The translations under genes were made by a program, and so were the position numbers. Shown here one piece after another: positions 94,311-105,810 of a stretch of 124,000 bases of DNA. Source of the DNA: Hyalangium minutum (GTDB taxonomy: Bacteria; Myxococcota; Myxococcia; Myxococcales; Myxococcaceae); contig NZ_JMCB01000002.1 of NCBI RefSeq assembly GCF_000737315.1, positions 144,001 to 268,000 of the forward strand, read 5' to 3'. Below the pieces are notes generated by a model that worked only from the letters and a program-made list of their open reading frames with translations, did no database searches and was not told where the DNA came from. How positions within the stretch are numbered: the stretch's first letter is position 1; every line of letters starts with the position of its first letter.

Positions 94311-94865
94311 CTACGCGCCGACAGCCGCGCCAGACAGAGGCAGAGCCTCGGAGAGGCGGCGCTTGCTCCACTTCACGCCCACCTGGGCCCGGTAGTCCGT
94401 GAACAGCGAGCCGATGATGGTGCTCACCCCCACCGCGACGTGGACGATGGCCGACAGCGGCGAGCGGCGCGCATAGCCAAACACGAAGGGCGAGGCGATG
94501 GCCGCCAGGCCCCACGCGTAGTCGATGAACTCATGCACCTCGATGGGGATGATCTTGCGCAGGCTCAGCCGGTAGTCGGTGAGCAGGGACACGCCCAGGT
94601 CCGCCATGCCCAGGGCCAGCCCCGCCGTGCAGGCCGGCTTGGCCGCGCCCATTGCCACGCCCAGCACCGTCAGGCCGTTGGCGTAGTCCAGCAGTGAGTG
94701 GATGTCCTGCGGAACGAACCGCTTGAAGGGAAGCACTCCGAACAGCGGCTTCGCGGGCGTCCCAGCTTCTGGTCCGCGAGACAGAGACCGGCGCATGGTG
94801 CGTTGCAAGGTGGGAGGAATCAGAGAACGCGCATCACGCGCGATGGGCAGATCGACCTCGGGCAT
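94311..94865 (-). CDS. SPW-repeat-like membrane protein
   Basis: HSLLDY, SLLTDY.L....IP..VH..ID, SPFVFG. Confidence 0.75.
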   Translation of the reverse strand: MPEVDLPIARDARSLIPPTLQRTMRRSLSRGPEAGTPAKPLFGVLPFKRFVPQDIHSLLDYANGLTVLGVAMGAAKPACTAGLALGMADLGVSLLTDYRLSLRKIIPIEVHEFIDYAWGLAAIASPFVFGYARRSPLSAIVHVAVGVSTIIGSLFTDYRAQVGVKWSKRRLSEALPLSGAAVGA

Positions 94866-95074
94866 GAACCACCTCCGTTTGGGTGCGCCAAATGTAGGGA
94901 TGCCTCTTCCCTGAGACGTTCATGAGGGTGAGCCTGCCGGCTCACCGGGCGAGCACGGTGGGCTGGCGGGCAGGGGAGCGCAGGCCTGGGCCCCGACAAC
95001 GGTTCGCGGCATCTCCATCCTTCTGAAGTCAGGGCCTCTGGTGGGCCCTTCGTTCTCTCAAGCGAGGTCAGGTC

Positions 95075-95275
95075 ATGCTCGTTGTCTGGTCCGCACTGTT
95101 GGGCGTCCTCATCTTCATGGGCATCATCGTGGTCACCCTGGTGTTCGGCGCCGCAGCGCACAGGGCTGAAAAGAAGGAACTGCTCCGGTCCGAGACCGAG
95201 CGGCTCGCGGGGCTGGATGGGGATGTCACCGCCGAGACCCCCCATCCCATCCACGATCGCTACGTCGAGGCCTGA
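95075..95275 (+). CDS. Small single-pass membrane protein
   Basis: Hydrophobic N-terminal helix; GAGG RBS. Confidence 0.55.
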   Translation: MLVVWSALLGVLIFMGIIVVTLVFGAAAHRAEKKELLRSETERLAGLDGDVTAETPHPIHDRYVEA

Positions 95276-95294
95276 GGCCCCAGGTGGCAGGGCC

Positions 95295-96083
95295 TCACCG
95301 CGGGCGCGAGCTGTAGTAGCGCCGCAGCCAGCGGCTGAGGCCATCCAGGCCCGGGAAGAGGACGCGCTCTGTCACGTTGGCCTGGTCCAGCTTGTCCCGG
95401 ACCTCCCACTTCAGCGAGGCCGGGACGATGAGCCGGTGGACGCCTCGCTTCTGGTTCTCGAGGAAGGCGTCCAGCCGCAGCAGCGGGCCGTTCATCACCG
95501 AGAACAGCGCGAACTGGTTCACGATGCGGTCGTCCAGCGAGGGCGGCTCCAAGAAGAGCACGAAGGGGTGCTTCGTCAGCCGGTCGAACACGGACAGCTC
95601 TCTCGCCACCGACGCGAGCATCTCCGCCGTGAAGACGTCCGCGCCCTCTTCCCGGAGCTGGGCCTGCAAGGGTTTGGGCAGCAGCCGGTTCGTCTGGTGG
95701 TAGTCCACGCACCACACCACCCCGTCCGTGTCGTACAGCTCCGGGTCCTCCGTCAGGAAGTGGAGCGCCACGTAGGGGCTGAACGTCCAGTCCAGAAGCC
95801 GCGTCGGCAGTCCGTGATGCTGCGCCAGCGCCAGCCAGTCCCAGACCGACGCGCAGGGCTGGGTGCCTCCGCGCGCGTACTTGCGAAAGGCGCGCAGCAG
95901 ATCCTTCTCGTGCGCGGCGAAGTCCCCCTCGTGGCGGTTGAGCGAGGTGGAGAGGTCATGCCTCGCGTTCGGTACCCCGCGGAAGGCAAAGCTCGGCCGG
96001 AACCTTCGCAGGCCCTCGTTCCATGAGCCCGCGAAGAGCGCCTCCTGCAGCTCGAGCCAGCTGTTGACGCGTTCCTCTTTCAC
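95295..96083 (-). CDS. FRG domain protein
   Basis: FAFRG, LAQHHGLPTRLLDWT.SPYVALHF, RIVNQFALF, LFPGLDG. Confidence 0.92.
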   Translation of the reverse strand: MKEERVNSWLELQEALFAGSWNEGLRRFRPSFAFRGVPNARHDLSTSLNRHEGDFAAHEKDLLRAFRKYARGGTQPCASVWDWLALAQHHGLPTRLLDWTFSPYVALHFLTEDPELYDTDGVVWCVDYHQTNRLLPKPLQAQLREEGADVFTAEMLASVARELSVFDRLTKHPFVLFLEPPSLDDRIVNQFALFSVMNGPLLRLDAFLENQKRGVHRLIVPASLKWEVRDKLDQANVTERVLFPGLDGLSRWLRRYYSSRPR

Positions 96084-96282
96084 ACCCTCCCCAGGTCCGA
96101 AGCTCTCGCTTCAATACTCACTCCCTGGGAGGCTTCACCAGCGCCTAGGTTCACGGGCGTGCACCACCCCACACGCTGCGCCTGCAGAGCGTGTGGCAGC
96201 GCACAGGCGCTTGGGCCTTTCAGGGTCCCTGGGTTCCCTCAAGCCCGAGGGTACGGCTGTTCGCCAGCCCCTTTTCGGGGGC

Positions 96283-96519
96283 TCAGGGCCGGCCTGAGTC
96301 CGCAGGCTGGTTGAAGGCGTAGGAGTCCGCGCCAGGAGCCTTGTCCTCGTGGAACAAGGGGCACTTGGCACAGGTGAAGCTGTCCCAGTCCTCCTTCACG
96401 GCGGCGTCCACGCAGGTGCTGTAGAAGCGGCAGTGGACGTTGCGGTGCTCTTCGATTCGGAACTGGTCGGCCCGCAATGGCAGGCGGAACGCAGTAGGTC
96501 GCGGCTGAGCGCAGGGCAT
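96283..96519 (-). CDS. Small Cys-containing hypothetical protein
   Basis: HRNVHC.FY.TC....W.SFTC..CP. Confidence 0.65.
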   Translation of the reverse strand: MPCAQPRPTAFRLPLRADQFRIEEHRNVHCRFYSTCVDAAVKEDWDSFTCAKCPLFHEDKAPGADSYAFNQPADSGRP

Positions 96520-96649
96520 GGTGAGTCACTCGTGGTTAGGTAGGCCCCCTCGTTTCACACGGACCAACGGCCGGTGCGTCGCGTCATTCCCGAGGAGGGG
96601 TGTCTTCCTCAACTGAATAACGCCGCCCATCCTTCCTGGCAGAGAGCGC

Positions 96650-97261
96650 TCAGGATCGGCGCCTGGCTCCCGCTTGCCGCGCCGCCTCCACGAACACCTC
96701 GTACGGCTGGCAGCCCACCACTCGGACGTTCCCGATGAAGAAGGTGGGGATGCCGCTCACTCCCGCAGCGCGGCCCTCGGCCTGCAGTTCATCCACCCGC
96801 GACTGATACTCAGGCGCATCCATGGCGGCGCTCGCCTGCTCGGCGGGCAGGCCTACCTGCTCGGCCAGCCGCGTCAGCACCTGCGGGTCTTCGAGGTCCG
96901 CGCCTTGCCGCCAGTACGCCTCCATGGCCGCATCGCGGAACTCCAGCAGCTTGCCGTGGGTTCGTGCCCACTCGGCCAGCGCGAGCGCCCGCCGGGTGTT
97001 GTTCAGCCGCAGGGGCAGCCGGATGCCGGTCACGCCAAAGCGCTGGGCGACTTGCGCCGCATGGGCTCGCATGCCCGCAGCGCGGCCCGGAAAGAGCTGT
97101 TCCATGTCGACACCCCCCCGAGGTGTCCGCGGGTTGAGCTCGAAACCCCGCCAATCCAGCTCTACGTCGTACTCTGTCTGCAGCCTGGCCAGGCTGCTCT
97201 GCTCCGCGATGAAGCAGAAGGGGCAAACGAAGTCCGAATACAGCCGGATGAGTGTGGCCAT
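96650..97261 (-). CDS. DsbA/FrnE-family oxidoreductase
   Basis: YSDFVCPFCF, FELNP, GVSGIPTF. Confidence 0.9.
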   Translation of the reverse strand: MATLIRLYSDFVCPFCFIAEQSSLARLQTEYDVELDWRGFELNPRTPRGGVDMEQLFPGRAAGMRAHAAQVAQRFGVTGIRLPLRLNNTRRALALAEWARTHGKLLEFRDAAMEAYWRQGADLEDPQVLTRLAEQVGLPAEQASAAMDAPEYQSRVDELQAEGRAAGVSGIPTFFIGNVRVVGCQPYEVFVEAARQAGARRRS

Positions 97262-97385
97262 GGTGCCCTCCTCGATAGGTTGTCTCTTACTTTCGCCGTA
97301 TGGGCCCTGCCAATCCCGCTCCCAGAGCGGCCGGGCAAGACGTTCATTCCTTCACCCGGACCGCACTTTCCCTGAAGATGCGCCC

Positions 97386-99188
97386 GTGTTCACGCCTGCA
97401 TACCCCCCCCGTGTTCCCTCGCGCCGGCTCGCGGCGCTTGCGCTGTGCGCCCTGTTCGCCGTGGCGGGCTGTACCGCCTTTGGCCGTGCCGTGAAGGAGG
97501 GTGACCAGTTCACCACCGAGCACAAATGGGCCGAGGCCGAGGCCGCCTACCTGCGCGCGCTCGCCGCGGATCCCGACGCGTCCGAGGTGACGGTCAAGCT
97601 GCGCTCCGTGCGCAAGGAGTGGAGCAAGGAGACCTACGACCAGGCCCAGAGCGTCCACGCCACCGGCGATCTGCCCGGCGCCCAGAAGCTGCTGCTCCGG
97701 GCCCTGGAGCTGGATGGAGAGAATGAGCCCGCGCGGACGTTGCTGACGCAGACGCTGGACGCGCGCGTGGCCGCAGGGCAGGCGGCGCTGAAGGAGGAGC
97801 GGCTGCAGGATGCGCGCGCCGAGTTCGACGCGGTGTTGGCCGTCTCGCCGGACCACGTGGCAGCTCGCAAAGGTGTGGATGCGGTGCAGGTAGCCTGGGC
97901 CCGGCGCTGGTTCAAGACGGCCCAGCAGCTCGAGGAGAGCGGGAAGCTGGGCAACGCGCTGCTGGCGTACCTGCGCGCGGACCAGGAGCGCGTGGGTGCC
98001 ACCGCGGCCCGCGAGCGCGCCGAGGCCGTGCGTCAGAAGCTGCGCGATGAGGTGGCCTACCTGGTGGTGGCTACCCCCGTGGAGGACAAGGCTCAGGCGC
98101 CGGATGTGGCCCAGCGGCTGGCCGCTGGACGGCTGGCCTCGATGCTCCCCAAGGAAGTGCCCATCCGTGTGGTGACGGAAGCTCCCGAGTCCAAGGTGGG
98201 TGTGAAGCTGGACCTGACCCTGGAGCGGGTGCTGCCCCTCAAGGCCGTGGAGCCCTTCCAGAAGACCCAGCGGTATCTGGCTGGCAATCGCTCCGTGCCC
98301 AACCCCAAGCGCCGGCAGTTCGAGGACCGGCTGCTCAACGCCGAGCGCACGCTGGAGGAGGTGGAGCGCAAGCAGGCCGTGGCGCTGCGCGACTACCTGC
98401 GCCGGCAGGCGGAGCTGAACACCGTGCGCCAGACGGCCGAGCGCTGCCGCGAGCGCGAGCGCAAGACCTGCCTGGAGATCATCCAGCGGTGCGGCGAGGC
98501 CGTCCGGGAGGTGGAGCAGGCTGGGCAGGTGCCCGAGGAGTGCAACCCGACGGCGTGCGCCACCCGTCAGTGCGGCCAGGAGGAAGCACTGCTGGCTCAG
98601 AATGCTGCCGTGGTGCTGCAGTTGGAGAAGCAGTTGGACGCGAGCTTGGAGCAGAACGAGCAGCAGCGGCGTGAGGTCCAACGCGGCCGGGACACCATGT
98701 TCCGCGAGCCCATCACGGTGGAGGAGCCGATGTACTCGGACTTCGTCTACGACGTGGAGCTGCACCGGCTCACCGTGAAGGCCACGGTCACCTCCGTGCT
98801 TCGGGAGCTGATGTCGGCCCAGGCCCCGCCCGCACCGGTGACGCAGGACTATGAGGTGAAGCACGAGGACTCCAGCAACAAGGGCTATGACCGGTATGGC
98901 GTGCTGGCGGATCCGGTGCAGCTGCGCAACGAGCTGGAGCTGCGCGTGGAGGTGGGCGACACGGCCATGGCGGACCTGGCCCACCGCGTGATGGAGCGCT
99001 TCGACGCGTATCGCCAGAAGCGGGTGGAGGATGCGCGCCGCGGCATGGTGCGCCCCGGCGCCGAGGATGTGGTGGAGACGTCGGTGCGGGTGCTGCTGCT
99101 GACCGCGGACAAGCCGCCCTCGGACATCCTCCTGCCTGTGACCCAGGCTCGGGGCCTGCAGCGCCCAGAGTCCCTCTTCAACAAGTGA
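97386..99188 (+). CDS. TPR-containing lipoprotein with coiled-coil/Cys-rich region
   Basis: VAGC lipobox, TPR-like repeats; start uncertain. Confidence 0.75.
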   Translation: MFTPAYPPRVPSRRLAALALCALFAVAGCTAFGRAVKEGDQFTTEHKWAEAEAAYLRALAADPDASEVTVKLRSVRKEWSKETYDQAQSVHATGDLPGAQKLLLRALELDGENEPARTLLTQTLDARVAAGQAALKEERLQDARAEFDAVLAVSPDHVAARKGVDAVQVAWARRWFKTAQQLEESGKLGNALLAYLRADQERVGATAARERAEAVRQKLRDEVAYLVVATPVEDKAQAPDVAQRLAAGRLASMLPKEVPIRVVTEAPESKVGVKLDLTLERVLPLKAVEPFQKTQRYLAGNRSVPNPKRRQFEDRLLNAERTLEEVERKQAVALRDYLRRQAELNTVRQTAERCRERERKTCLEIIQRCGEAVREVEQAGQVPEECNPTACATRQCGQEEALLAQNAAVVLQLEKQLDASLEQNEQQRREVQRGRDTMFREPITVEEPMYSDFVYDVELHRLTVKATVTSVLRELMSAQAPPAPVTQDYEVKHEDSSNKGYDRYGVLADPVQLRNELELRVEVGDTAMADLAHRVMERFDAYRQKRVEDARRGMVRPGAEDVVETSVRVLLLTADKPPSDILLPVTQARGLQRPESLFNK

Positions 99189-99282
99189 CCTGCTAGGTTG
99201 AGCCCCAGGGCCTCCTCGCTCGAATCTTCTCCCGTTCGCCAAACCGAACGTGTTAGGTAGGCCGCAGGAGGTCCTACCCAAC

Positions 99283-100182
99283 ATGGCTCCGAACTCTCAT
99301 CCGCTCGTCACCATGTTTGAGCGGTTTGTCGTCTTCCAGCAGCCACACCTGGAGATCGGGCGGCGCTATATCCAGGCGTTTGGGTTGGCCAAGGGAGTCA
99401 ATGCCATCGTCGAGGACATGAACGAGGGGCGCCTGCCTTGGGACAAGGCCCAGAAGGTCCTGGCGCAGATGCATTACCTCTTCATCGAGTCCATCGTCCG
99501 GCGGGTGGGCTTCGAGCGCTTCAGTGATGTGCTCAAGGAGCCGGAGTACCTGGCCATGCAGGCGCAGAGCGTCGCGAGCGAGCAGCAGCGCCATGGCCCC
99601 TTCCCAGAAGATCGCTATGCCCGAGCGATCGAGTCGTTCGCCTGGAACTCCCTGCGCCACTGGCACTTCGTGGCGCAAGACCTTGGGGGCCGCCACATCT
99701 ATGAAATCACTCCCCGGCTTGCCCAGGTGCTGCGCCGGCCTCCTCCCCTGGAGGAGCCTTGGAGAAGGCCTCGGCTCCCCGTGCCCTCCTTGCTTCTCAT
99801 TGTCCCCGAAGAGGCGAAGCTCACCATCACCCTGAAAGGCTTCACCTCCCGGGAGGTCACCGAGATCTACGTTGTCGAGTCATCGCCGCCGCAGCACCAG
99901 TGGGCTGTGTGGATCCACGCTCCCATCGACGACTCCCTCAGTGAATCTGTGTATCTCGAGCTCCCGTTCTCCGCGGAGGGCACCCTCGAGGAGGGCCTCG
100001 ACCGCGCGCACGACATGTTCCAGAAGGACTCGCCGTCGATCGACGGCTGGAAGGAGTGCGTGCGCTGGCTCGCCGCCGCCATGCGCTACCTGGACCAGGG
100101 GGGGGCCCGCATGGAGTTCCAGCCCGGGGAGAGTGATCCTTCGCGCCGCGTCCTCATCGGCGACTCGGAGGCCATTCAATAG
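99283..100182 (+). CDS. Hypothetical protein
   Basis: About 300-aa ORF with GGAGG RBS. Confidence 0.7.
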   Translation: MAPNSHPLVTMFERFVVFQQPHLEIGRRYIQAFGLAKGVNAIVEDMNEGRLPWDKAQKVLAQMHYLFIESIVRRVGFERFSDVLKEPEYLAMQAQSVASEQQRHGPFPEDRYARAIESFAWNSLRHWHFVAQDLGGRHIYEITPRLAQVLRRPPPLEEPWRRPRLPVPSLLLIVPEEAKLTITLKGFTSREVTEIYVVESSPPQHQWAVWIHAPIDDSLSESVYLELPFSAEGTLEEGLDRAHDMFQKDSPSIDGWKECVRWLAAAMRYLDQGGARMEFQPGESDPSRRVLIGDSEAIQ

Positions 100183-100191
100183 GAGAGGGAC

Positions 100192-103100
100192 TCACGGGGC
100201 CTTGGCCACCGGGATCATCTCCTCGCGGCGCAGCAGGAGCAGCGCGTCGTTCTTCGGCAGGATTCGCACCTGGAAGCGCCGCCGGTACTCATCCTCCGGT
100301 GTGAAGACGCCCCGGTCACTCACCAGCAGCAGCGCCGTGGGCACGACGTACCGCTGGGAGCGGTTACCGTAGTAGTGCACCACCACGTGATACGGCCCCG
100401 GTGCCGCTTTGCGCGCGTGGTACAGCTCCGGCCCCAATCCATCCGTGATGTCCCAGAAGAGCTTGCCGCCCAGCTGCGTCGTCCGGTGGGAGTAGAAGCA
100501 GCGCTCCCCGTTGGGCTCGATCACCCAGAGGTCGATGTCCGTGTTGTCCGAGTTCCAGTGCGTGGTGAGCTGGTAGTCGATCGGCTGGAAGTCCATGGCC
100601 ACTCCGTCTTGCTGGAGCTTCGCCAGCTCGGCTTGCCGGGCGCGCAGCACGCTCGCGATACCCTCCGCACGCGGGTGCCGGGCCAGGCCGTTGAGCATGC
100701 GGGCGTAGTGGTAGGCCGCCGCCGTCCTCAGCTCCGAAGGGTGCCGCGGCCAGTTGCGCGCCAGGACGATCTCGTAGTTGCGCGCCGCCTCCGAGTAGCG
100801 GCCTGTCGCGTCCAGCGCCAGCGCCTCCTCGAGGAACGCCTGGGCTTCGAAGGGCCGGTTGAGCCGCACATGCTCGAAGAGCTCCGCCGCCGCCGGGTAC
100901 TGGCCCAGCGCCAACATGCCGTAGCCCACCAGGCGCAGCGCCTCGGCGTCCGTTGGCCGCAGCTCCACCGGTGAGGAGAGCGCCCGCACCGCGCCCCAGG
101001 TGTCTCCCACGAAGGCCCGCTTGCGCGCGATGGCTTCGTACACGAGCACGTCATCCCGGTTCTCGCGCCGCGCCGTCCGGTACTGCAGCTCCGCCTGGAG
101101 GCGCTCGTCCCCTCCCGCGTAGGGCTCGTCCTTGAGCGGTTGCTTCCGCAACATCGCTCCCAGCTGGCTCTTGAGCTCGCTCAGCTTACGCACCACCTGC
101201 CGGCCCGAGTCCGGTACGTCATCCAGGGCGATACCCAGCAGCTTGTCGCGCCGCTGATCCTCTTCCTTCCTGCGCAGCCCCTCCAGGTCCTGCAGGTCCA
101301 CCTGCTCGTTCTTCACGGAGTAGCGGGTGTAGTCGCCCTCGGACTCCAGCACGAGCATGGAGGCTCGCGCGTTGGCCAGCCGGTAGTGCTGGCTGAGCGC
101401 CACCACCATCCGGTCCAGCCGTTCGTCATCCAGTGAGACGAGCCGCGACACGAAGAGCTCCGCCCACGCCCGGGGCGCGAAGCTGCTGTCCGTGTCGCGC
101501 GGCAGCGGCACGCGCAGCACGCGCTCTTGCTCGCCCACGCGGGTCACCACTTCCAGCTCCGCCGCGCCTTCGCCCGGCAGCCGCCCCGCCACCTGTAGCT
101601 CCTGGCCCGGGAAGACGAGCCGCGGACGGCCCGCCACCACCAGATCCTTCACTGCCGTGCCCTTCACCTCCACACGTGCCAGCACGACCGAGGCTGCACG
101701 GTGTGCCAGGGCCGCCGCGTCCACCTCCAAGCCGGACAGCACGTTCACCACGCGGCCGTCGCTGGCACGCGCCAGCGCGTCGAACAGCTCCTGGTTCACC
101801 GCCGACTCGCCGAAGCGGTAGGTCATCCACCGCAGCGTCTCCACGCTCGGGTGGTTGGCCACCAGCGCCTCCACGCGCCCCTGGCCCCAGGTGGTGAGGC
101901 CGTCCGAGAGCAGGAACGCCGTCACCCGCTCCCCCGCTTTGGCCGGCTTGAGCCAGTCGCCTCCCGCATGGTCCAGCTCCTCCAGCATTCCGTCCACGTG
102001 CGAGGCCCCCTCCAGGAAGATGTTCTCCAGCTCGGAGAACGTCTGCTGGCGGTGCTCGACGTCGTTGGGCCGCCAGCCCGGGCTGTGGAGCCAGCGCGGG
102101 CGCACGTCGAACAGCAGCACCGCGTACTCCTTCAGCGAGTCATCCTTCTCCAGCAGGGCTCGCAGCGTGGCGGCCTGGAGCGCCCAGGCGTTGCCGTCGT
102201 CCGCTGACAGCGAGGTGTCCACCACCAGCACCGCACGTCCCGTGGGAGGGCCCCCCTCCCCCGAGGTCAGCTTCTCGGGCAGCCGCACCCGCGCGTAGAA
102301 GGCCTGTCCCGGAAGCCCCGCCGCGTCCTTGCCCACCAGCACGTCCGCGTCCGCGTTCCGTGGCGCCAGTGCCACCGCCAGCGTGCCGTCTCCCTGAAGC
102401 TTGGGCAGATCATGCGCCTGCCAGGGGCCCAGCGTCCGAGGCTTCCCCGCCGGAGTGGGCTGCACCGACACCTCGCCTACCTGCCGCGGATCCACGTGCA
102501 CGCGCGCGGAGACCTGCACCCCTTGTCCTGCTCCCGGAGGCAGCGGCCACGTATAGCGCAGGCGCTGGCCGTCGAAGAGCAGCGTCTGCTCGTAGGCGAT
102601 GACGACCCGCTTGAGCGACTTGGGCGGCAGCGGGAACACCCTCGCGCTGAACGTCGAGGCCCCCGCCCACTCCAGCAGCGCCGGATCCACGTTGCGGCGG
102701 ACCACGTCCTCGTAGACCTCCCGGGCTCGCTTCTGCTCGACGACGCGGGCCTCCTGGCGCTCGCCCCAAGAGCGCTTCGCACCAGCAGGACTCGGAGGGG
102801 CTGCGGAGGCCAGCTCTTCCTCCTTGCCCGAACTGTCGCCCAGCGAGGGCAGCAGCTCGGATGACTGGAAGAGCGAGGGAGAGTCCACCGCCACCGAGCC
102901 CGAGTAGAGCGCGAAGCCCGCCACCGTCGCTCCTCCGGGCAGCGGGTAGAAGAAGGTCCCCTCCAGGCTGCGGGCCGTGTCGTTCTCGAAGAGGTGGTCC
103001 ACCACCGTCCGCGCCCGGGAGCCCTGGATGTACGTCACCACCCGCACTGCGCGCAGCTTGAGCGGCGCGTAGCGTCCGGACTCGTTCGTCACCAGCACCT

Positions 103101-103764
103101 TGGCCGTGCGCGGCGCGGCCTCTACCTTCGGAAGCACCGGCGTGGGGAGCGTGTCCTCCTTGCCGCCCTTGGCCTTCTTCGCGGGCTCCGGCGCGTTTCC
103201 GCCACCTGAGCTCATTCCGAAGAGCTCACCGCTTGTGGCGTTCCTCGCGGGAGCCATTCTCGCTCCTGCAGGGGCTGAGGCCCGGGGAGGAGGCGGAGGA
103301 GGCGGAGCGCTGGGAGCTGGCGCTACGGCGCCACCGAGCACACCGCCAACGACTCCGCCCACAACGCCTCCGACAACTCCTCCTTCCACTCCGTCCTCGG
103401 CCGGCGCGCTCCTCTCCGCCATCGGCTCGCCGGGAGCCTCGTGTTCCGCGGGGGCGGGGCGTGGGCGTGCCGCCTCCTCGAGCTTGGCGACCTGCTCTTC
103501 GGTAATGACCTGCGGATCCGCCACGGAGTCCCGCAGCTCCGCGAGGTCCACGGCTCCTGTGTCCGCGGCCGCGAGTACGGCCTCGGGAGCTGCCAGCCCT
103601 GCCTTCTTGAAGCGCTCCACCTCTTCCTTCGATGCCGTGGCTGCCGGGGACGCCGGCTGCGACGGAGGCGTGGGAGGCTTGGGCTCACCGGGTGTGCTAC
103701 GGGTGCAGCCCGAGAGAAGGAGCCACGTCGACAGCAGGAGGGCCGAGGCGCGCGTCAGGTGCAT
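100192..103764 (-). CDS. VIT / vWA-like / TPR / DUF2135 lipoprotein
   Basis: LLSGC lipobox; [10 protein letters not shown] (VIT); VVDTSLS, LLSDG; [12 protein letters not shown]...DITDGLGPE. Confidence 0.85.
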   Translation of the reverse strand: MHLTRASALLLSTWLLLSGCTRSTPGEPKPPTPPSQPASPAATASKEEVERFKKAGLAAPEAVLAAADTGAVDLAELRDSVADPQVITEEQVAKLEEAARPRPAPAEHEAPGEPMAERSAPAEDGVEGGVVGGVVGGVVGGVLGGAVAPAPSAPPPPPPPRASAPAGARMAPARNATSGELFGMSSGGGNAPEPAKKAKGGKEDTLPTPVLPKVEAAPRTAKVLVTNESGRYAPLKLRAVRVVTYIQGSRARTVVDHLFENDTARSLEGTFFYPLPGGATVAGFALYSGSVAVDSPSLFQSSELLPSLGDSSGKEEELASAAPPSPAGAKRSWGERQEARVVEQKRAREVYEDVVRRNVDPALLEWAGASTFSARVFPLPPKSLKRVVIAYEQTLLFDGQRLRYTWPLPPGAGQGVQVSARVHVDPRQVGEVSVQPTPAGKPRTLGPWQAHDLPKLQGDGTLAVALAPRNADADVLVGKDAAGLPGQAFYARVRLPEKLTSGEGGPPTGRAVLVVDTSLSADDGNAWALQAATLRALLEKDDSLKEYAVLLFDVRPRWLHSPGWRPNDVEHRQQTFSELENIFLEGASHVDGMLEELDHAGGDWLKPAKAGERVTAFLLSDGLTTWGQGRVEALVANHPSVETLRWMTYRFGESAVNQELFDALARASDGRVVNVLSGLEVDAAALAHRAASVVLARVEVKGTAVKDLVVAGRPRLVFPGQELQVAGRLPGEGAAELEVVTRVGEQERVLRVPLPRDTDSSFAPRAWAELFVSRLVSLDDERLDRMVVALSQHYRLANARASMLVLESEGDYTRYSVKNEQVDLQDLEGLRRKEEDQRRDKLLGIALDDVPDSGRQVVRKLSELKSQLGAMLRKQPLKDEPYAGGDERLQAELQYRTARRENRDDVLVYEAIARKRAFVGDTWGAVRALSSPVELRPTDAEALRLVGYGMLALGQYPAAAELFEHVRLNRPFEAQAFLEEALALDATGRYSEAARNYEIVLARNWPRHPSELRTAAAYHYARMLNGLARHPRAEGIASVLRARQAELAKLQQDGVAMDFQPIDYQLTTHWNSDNTDIDLWVIEPNGERCFYSHRTTQLGGKLFWDITDGLGPELYHARKAAPGPYHVVVHYYGNRSQRYVVPTALLLVSDRGVFTPEDEYRRRFQVRILPKNDALLLLRREEMIPVAKAP

Positions 103765-103831
103765 GCCCCGGGACGTTAGCCCAAGGTGCCTTGTGTGTGC
103801 GCCGGGGACCTGAGAGGTCCCTGCTCTCGCG

Positions 103832-105094
103832 TCAGTCCACGTTCGCGCTCACGCCACCGTGCTGGAGGCGGAGCTGCTCCAGGTGACGGCGCCGGGCGTC
103901 AGCCGCAGCCAGGTTCCACGCGCCCGCGAGCAGGCCCGTCAGCAGACAGCCCCCCCAGAGGGTGGTGGAGCCAAAACGGCCCAGCACCGTCCCGCCCAGC
104001 GCTGGCGCGAGGCAGGAGGCCACTCCCCAACTCATGGAAAAGACGCCCTGGTAGCTGCCGCGCAGCTGAGGCGAGGCGAGATCCGCCACCACCGAGGAGG
104101 AGACGGTCGCGCCGAGGATCTCCCCCACCGTCCACACGGCCACGGCGAGCATGGCCAGCGGAACGGTGGCGGACAGCGCGTGCAGCCCGAAGCCCAGCCC
104201 GGTGAACACCGCACCCGCCGCGAGCACGGAGGAGCGGCGCCACCGGGTGACGAGGCGCGCCATAATGGGCTGCAGCAGGACGATCAGCACCCCGTTGACG
104301 GCCATGATCGTCCCGTACTCCGTCGTCCGCAGTCCGCGGGCGATCAGGTCCAAGGCGAGCGCCGTGTGGCCCTGGAAGAAGATCAGCGCCACCATGAAGT
104401 TGGGCACCCAGAAGGCCAGGAAGGTCTTGTCCTTGAAGGGGACGGCCGAAGGCAGCAGCGAGCGCGAGGGGGTGAACTGGGGACTGGTCTCCGGGACCTT
104501 GAACCAGACGACGCAGCCGTAGATGAAGGTGGTGAGCGCATCCCCCACGAAGAGCAGCAGGAAGCCGCCCTGGGCCACGAAGCCTCCTAGCGGCAGGGCG
104601 ATGGCGAAGCCCACGTTCACCACCCAGTACAGCAGGCCATAGGCGCGAACCCGATCATTGGGGGCCACCACGTCCGCGACGGCTGCGGATACAGCGGGCC
104701 GGTAGAGATCTCCCAGGAGTCCGGCGGTGAAGGCGGCGATGCGCAGCCACAGGAGCTGCTCGGAGAAGCCCAGGAAGAGCATTCCTCCCGAGGCCAGCCA
104801 GAGCCCCAGCACCAGCGCGATGCGGCGCCCGAACCGGTCCGCGAGCATCCCGCCCACCAAGGAGGACAGCATCGAGCCCGCGCCGAACAGCGCCACGACA
104901 AAGCCAGCCCGCTCCTCCGTGAGGCCCCGCTCGCGCGTCAGGTAGATCGCCAGAAAGGGCACGACGAAGCCGCCCAGCCGGTTCACCAGGGTGCCCACCC
105001 ACAAGACCCAATAGGTGGAGGGCAACCCGCCGACGGTGACACGCAGCTGCTCCACGAGCTTGTGGCGGAGCGTCACGGTGGAAGGGGAGGACAT
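103832..105094 (-). CDS. MFS transporter
   Basis: [11 protein letters not shown] motif A; about 12 TMs. Confidence 0.92.
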   Translation of the reverse strand: MSSPSTVTLRHKLVEQLRVTVGGLPSTYWVLWVGTLVNRLGGFVVPFLAIYLTRERGLTEERAGFVVALFGAGSMLSSLVGGMLADRFGRRIALVLGLWLASGGMLFLGFSEQLLWLRIAAFTAGLLGDLYRPAVSAAVADVVAPNDRVRAYGLLYWVVNVGFAIALPLGGFVAQGGFLLLFVGDALTTFIYGCVVWFKVPETSPQFTPSRSLLPSAVPFKDKTFLAFWVPNFMVALIFFQGHTALALDLIARGLRTTEYGTIMAVNGVLIVLLQPIMARLVTRWRRSSVLAAGAVFTGLGFGLHALSATVPLAMLAVAVWTVGEILGATVSSSVVADLASPQLRGSYQGVFSMSWGVASCLAPALGGTVLGRFGSTTLWGGCLLTGLLAGAWNLAAADARRRHLEQLRLQHGGVSANVD

Positions 105095-105213
105095 GCTGGC
105101 GCGCAGCATGCGCCAGAGCCCGGCGCTCTCCAAGAGGGGGGTGGGTTCACCCGTGGAGGGCGCCCGGTGCTGCCGTCGGGTGCTGGCTCGTCCCCTCGCT
105201 TGCTGAGCTGGCG

Positions 105214-105810
105214 TCAGCCTTTCACCACGGGCAGGGCCGCGAGCGCGGCGGGGCGCTTCTCCGGAGCGCACATGTTGTTGTCAGCCGGGCGCTTGCCGAA
105301 GAAGAGCTGGTTGCCCTCCACCCTCACGAGGTCGTGGTCCGTGCCGCACGCGGACGTGGGCTGGAAGAACAGGCAGCCCGTGGCTGTCGTCCGCTGCTCC
105401 TCGCCCACCTTCCACGTGCCCGTGCCGCACTTCGCGTTCTGGAACGCGTCCGCCAGCGGCTGCATGTGCGGCGTCATGTAGAGCTCTCCGAAGCCGAAGT
105501 TGCCCTCGGTGGCCCCCGGTACCGCCGCCGAGTCCTTCACCAGCGTGTACGGCCCCTGGACGCGCGCGGTGAACAGCTTCGCCTGGCACTGTGCGTCCCC
105601 GAACGCCTCCAGCCGCAGCGCCCAGGTGTTCTCCGTCAGCGTGAAGTGGCGCTGGATGTAGTTGTTGTTCCCAGCGGGTTCGCACGTGGGGCTGTCCCAG
105701 GCGCCAGCCAGTTCCTGCGGCGTCACCGCTGTCTTGGGCCCCTGCGGGGTGGTGGCGCAGGCGGCGGACAGCGCGGCGAGGGCAGCGAGGAGGCGGAGCG
105801 AGGTCTTCAT
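105214..105810 (-). CDS. Lipoprotein with APCDD1-like (APCDDC) domain
   Basis: LSAAC lipobox; GAWDSPTCE, RHF, FGDAQC...FT...G.Y, TPHM, CG...W..G.E, GC, LFFGKRPAD...KRP. Confidence 0.75.
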   Translation of the reverse strand: MKTSLRLLAALAALSAACATTPQGPKTAVTPQELAGAWDSPTCEPAGNNNYIQRHFTLTENTWALRLEAFGDAQCQAKLFTARVQGPYTLVKDSAAVPGATEGNFGFGELYMTPHMQPLADAFQNAKCGTGTWKVGEEQRTTATGCLFFQPTSACGTDHDLVRVEGNQLFFGKRPADNNMCAPEKRPAALAALPVVKG

